Translations under genes and position numbers: made by a program
Notes under the pieces: model-generated
What the model was told of the DNA's origin: nothing
Database searches by the model: none
What the model saw: the letters and a program-made list of their open reading frames with translations, nothing else
In this document: in pieces, positions 61,751 to 64,000 of the stretch
Layout: each line of letters starts with the position of its first letter
Numbering within the stretch: the first letter of the stretch is position 1
Assembly: GCF_036321535.1 (NCBI RefSeq)
Contig: NC_087437.1
Location: 83,578,001-83,642,000, forward strand
Direction: 5' to 3'
DNA: 64,000 nt
DNA from: Camelus dromedarius
Taxonomy: Eukaryota

Positions 61751-64000
61751 CTTATGCATAAATATGTATTTAAAATAAATCATTATCTGTGTATATATAG
61801 TATTTTTAAAATTAGGACTTACACAGTTTTGGGCTAGCAAACAGATGTGATTCTCTTTAATTTTGTCTTTTTGTTTTTATATCTGTTCCCTGTAGTGTAA
61901 AAAGTTTGACTGGACAAATCATGACTTTTTTGTTGTTGCTATTCTTTATATTAAACTGTAGACACTTAACTATTTCATTTAATGGTAGAGTGATCAAAGC
62001 TGTAAGGTGGGAAAGAGAATATTTTGCTTCCTCAGAGGAATTTTTGGAGACTTCAAAGAAGCTAAGCAATTTATGCAAAAATGGAATGGCTTTTCACTTT
62101 TGTTTGAAGTATCCCATTTGATGAAATTTTTAAAACTGAATAAACAGTAAGCAGTGGAAGTAACTATAAAAACATACGTTCACTATTTTGAATACAGAAA
62201 GTCTAATGGAGGATTTTCTTTTGGTATTTCCATTCATAAGAAAGTAAGAGTTTGCTTTCTCCAGCAGACTTTATGATATATATGACCGATATTAGACAAA
62301 AGAAGAGTAGCAACTTCAAAAATTATAACTTCTAGCCACTGTGTTATGGTTTTTGGCTTCCACTTCTCTGAGAATTGGAAAGTTATAAGCACTATTAGAG
62401 AGACTGAATAGAAATATAAAATATAAAGCAGTTCTCTTTTAATACTTTAACCAACTGAAAAGAGAAGGCCATCTCCTTGAAAGAATATAAGCATTTAGAG
62501 AACATAAGATATAATGTACAACTAATATGCAGGTACCATATTTTTGGAACATTTAAGACCGTGTAAAATTTATGTATCTGTATAAAAGCATAAACTGATT
62601 CTAAAAGACTACCATTTCAAGTCAGTTATTTTTACCTGCATTTTATATACACTGGTTTTACAGTTAATAAAGCAGAAGAAACAACTCTTAATTATTAATA
62701 GGAGTGATTCATTAATATGTTTAAAGTGCTTTGACAGTCTAATAGTCAATGTTTTTTGGCAAATTCTTTAATTATATATATCTTAGAAATCAAAAGAACT
62801 ATTAGGGAAATGTTAATAATTGTGATCATTTGGTTATTAATAAACTTTTAAAACTTTTAAAAAATAAATTTAAATTTTTGACATTTTAGTAACATTTCTT
62901 TCTAGTTTTATATAGCACGATATATTTTAACAAATATTAGTGGACTTATTTATATTAGAGAGTCTCATCCTGAAAATGCATTTTAATTTCAAAATTACCA
63001 GTAAGAGTAACATGACATAAATTTCAATCACTGTTTTCTATTAATTTTTTGTTTTTTTAAGGAGGTAATTAATAGTTGTAACACAAACACCTCTTTGTAT
63101 TACCTTTTTGTCTTTTCGTCAGTTTTAATGGAACTTGGTCCATCTTCATGTTCTGCATTCATGCTCTGCCTCTGATTTTTTTTAAAAATAAGGTTATTAT
63201 AGAAGGTGTAACTAACATTTTAGGACACATAGACTGTTAATTAACAATTATTCTTTCAAAAGTCAAAATTAAGCTGTTGAAGTTTGTACTGCATACAAAA
63301 TTAAACCCAAGTATAGCTTGTGAAAAATGTCCAAAGTTATTCAAATTTCCAATGACACATTCTAAGGATGAGGTATAATTAACAAAATGATTAATAATGT
63401 ATCACAAATAAAGCATATATAGTAATCTTTAAAATCCAGTGTTACTCATACTCTTATTTGTTAGGAACACTCAGGTGTTTTGCCCCATCAAAAAAAAAGG
63501 CGCCCATTTCACATTTTGATTTTTTTTCTCTTGGAGGCATAAAATACCTAAAACTATATCAAAACTCCATACTTGTAAGAAGAAAATGAGATTTTTGCAT
63601 ATATTAATACAATTTTCTTTAAATACACATATATGGCATAGGAAGAAACAGCACATCAAAGCAAATCACAAACTTCAATGACAAACATTTATGCCTATTA
63701 AACCTTATTTTCCAAGCAATGAAGAAATTTTTTAAAAGCCTCATTCACTGTTTGTTTTTATATTGTCCATGAAATTCAGTATTGTTTTAAAGATACTTTT
63801 GAAGATATTGCAATAATAGCTCTAGGTAAAATACCAATGGATTTTCAAACAAGTTTGCTTTAACAATGTTCACATCAGTCACATCAACAAAAAATAGCTT
63901 GTTCAGTTGCAAGTCTGTTAGCAAATGAGTGGTCACCGATCTTGTCATAGAGCTTCTAAAGACCACAATTTTAAGCAGATTTATCTTAATGACAAAAGTA

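Overview
Mammalian genomic DNA, most likely a camelid: it carries a tRNA-derived SINE resembling the camelid vic-1 family, and the L1s look cetartiodactyl-type. The window holds the complete ARL6/BBS3 gene (ciliary Arf-like GTPase) on the minus strand. The promoter is a CpG island with an RFX X-box at ~55.5-56.3 kb. Seven coding exons (123+62+69+95+130+56+26 = 561 nt) give an intact 186-aa protein. A 13-nt microexon (22131-22143) shifts the frame to give the 193-aa BBS3L-type C-terminus EKTIQSDPGCEDMKR. The intron between the 95- and 130-nt exons (16.5 kb) is packed with nested L1 material: a TSD-flanked ORF1-only mosaic (HAL1-like), a decayed full-length L1 with an extra 5' segment and a 281-bp purine microsatellite, and a second ORF1-only element. 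The rest is ancient L1/L2/MIR/MLT/DNA-transposon debris and microsatellites. The right end is probably the far 3' UTR of the upstream gene (EPHA6 by synteny; inferred, no coding exon seen). I found no wholly new gene system. Repeat family names are from recalled consensus sequences, not a search.
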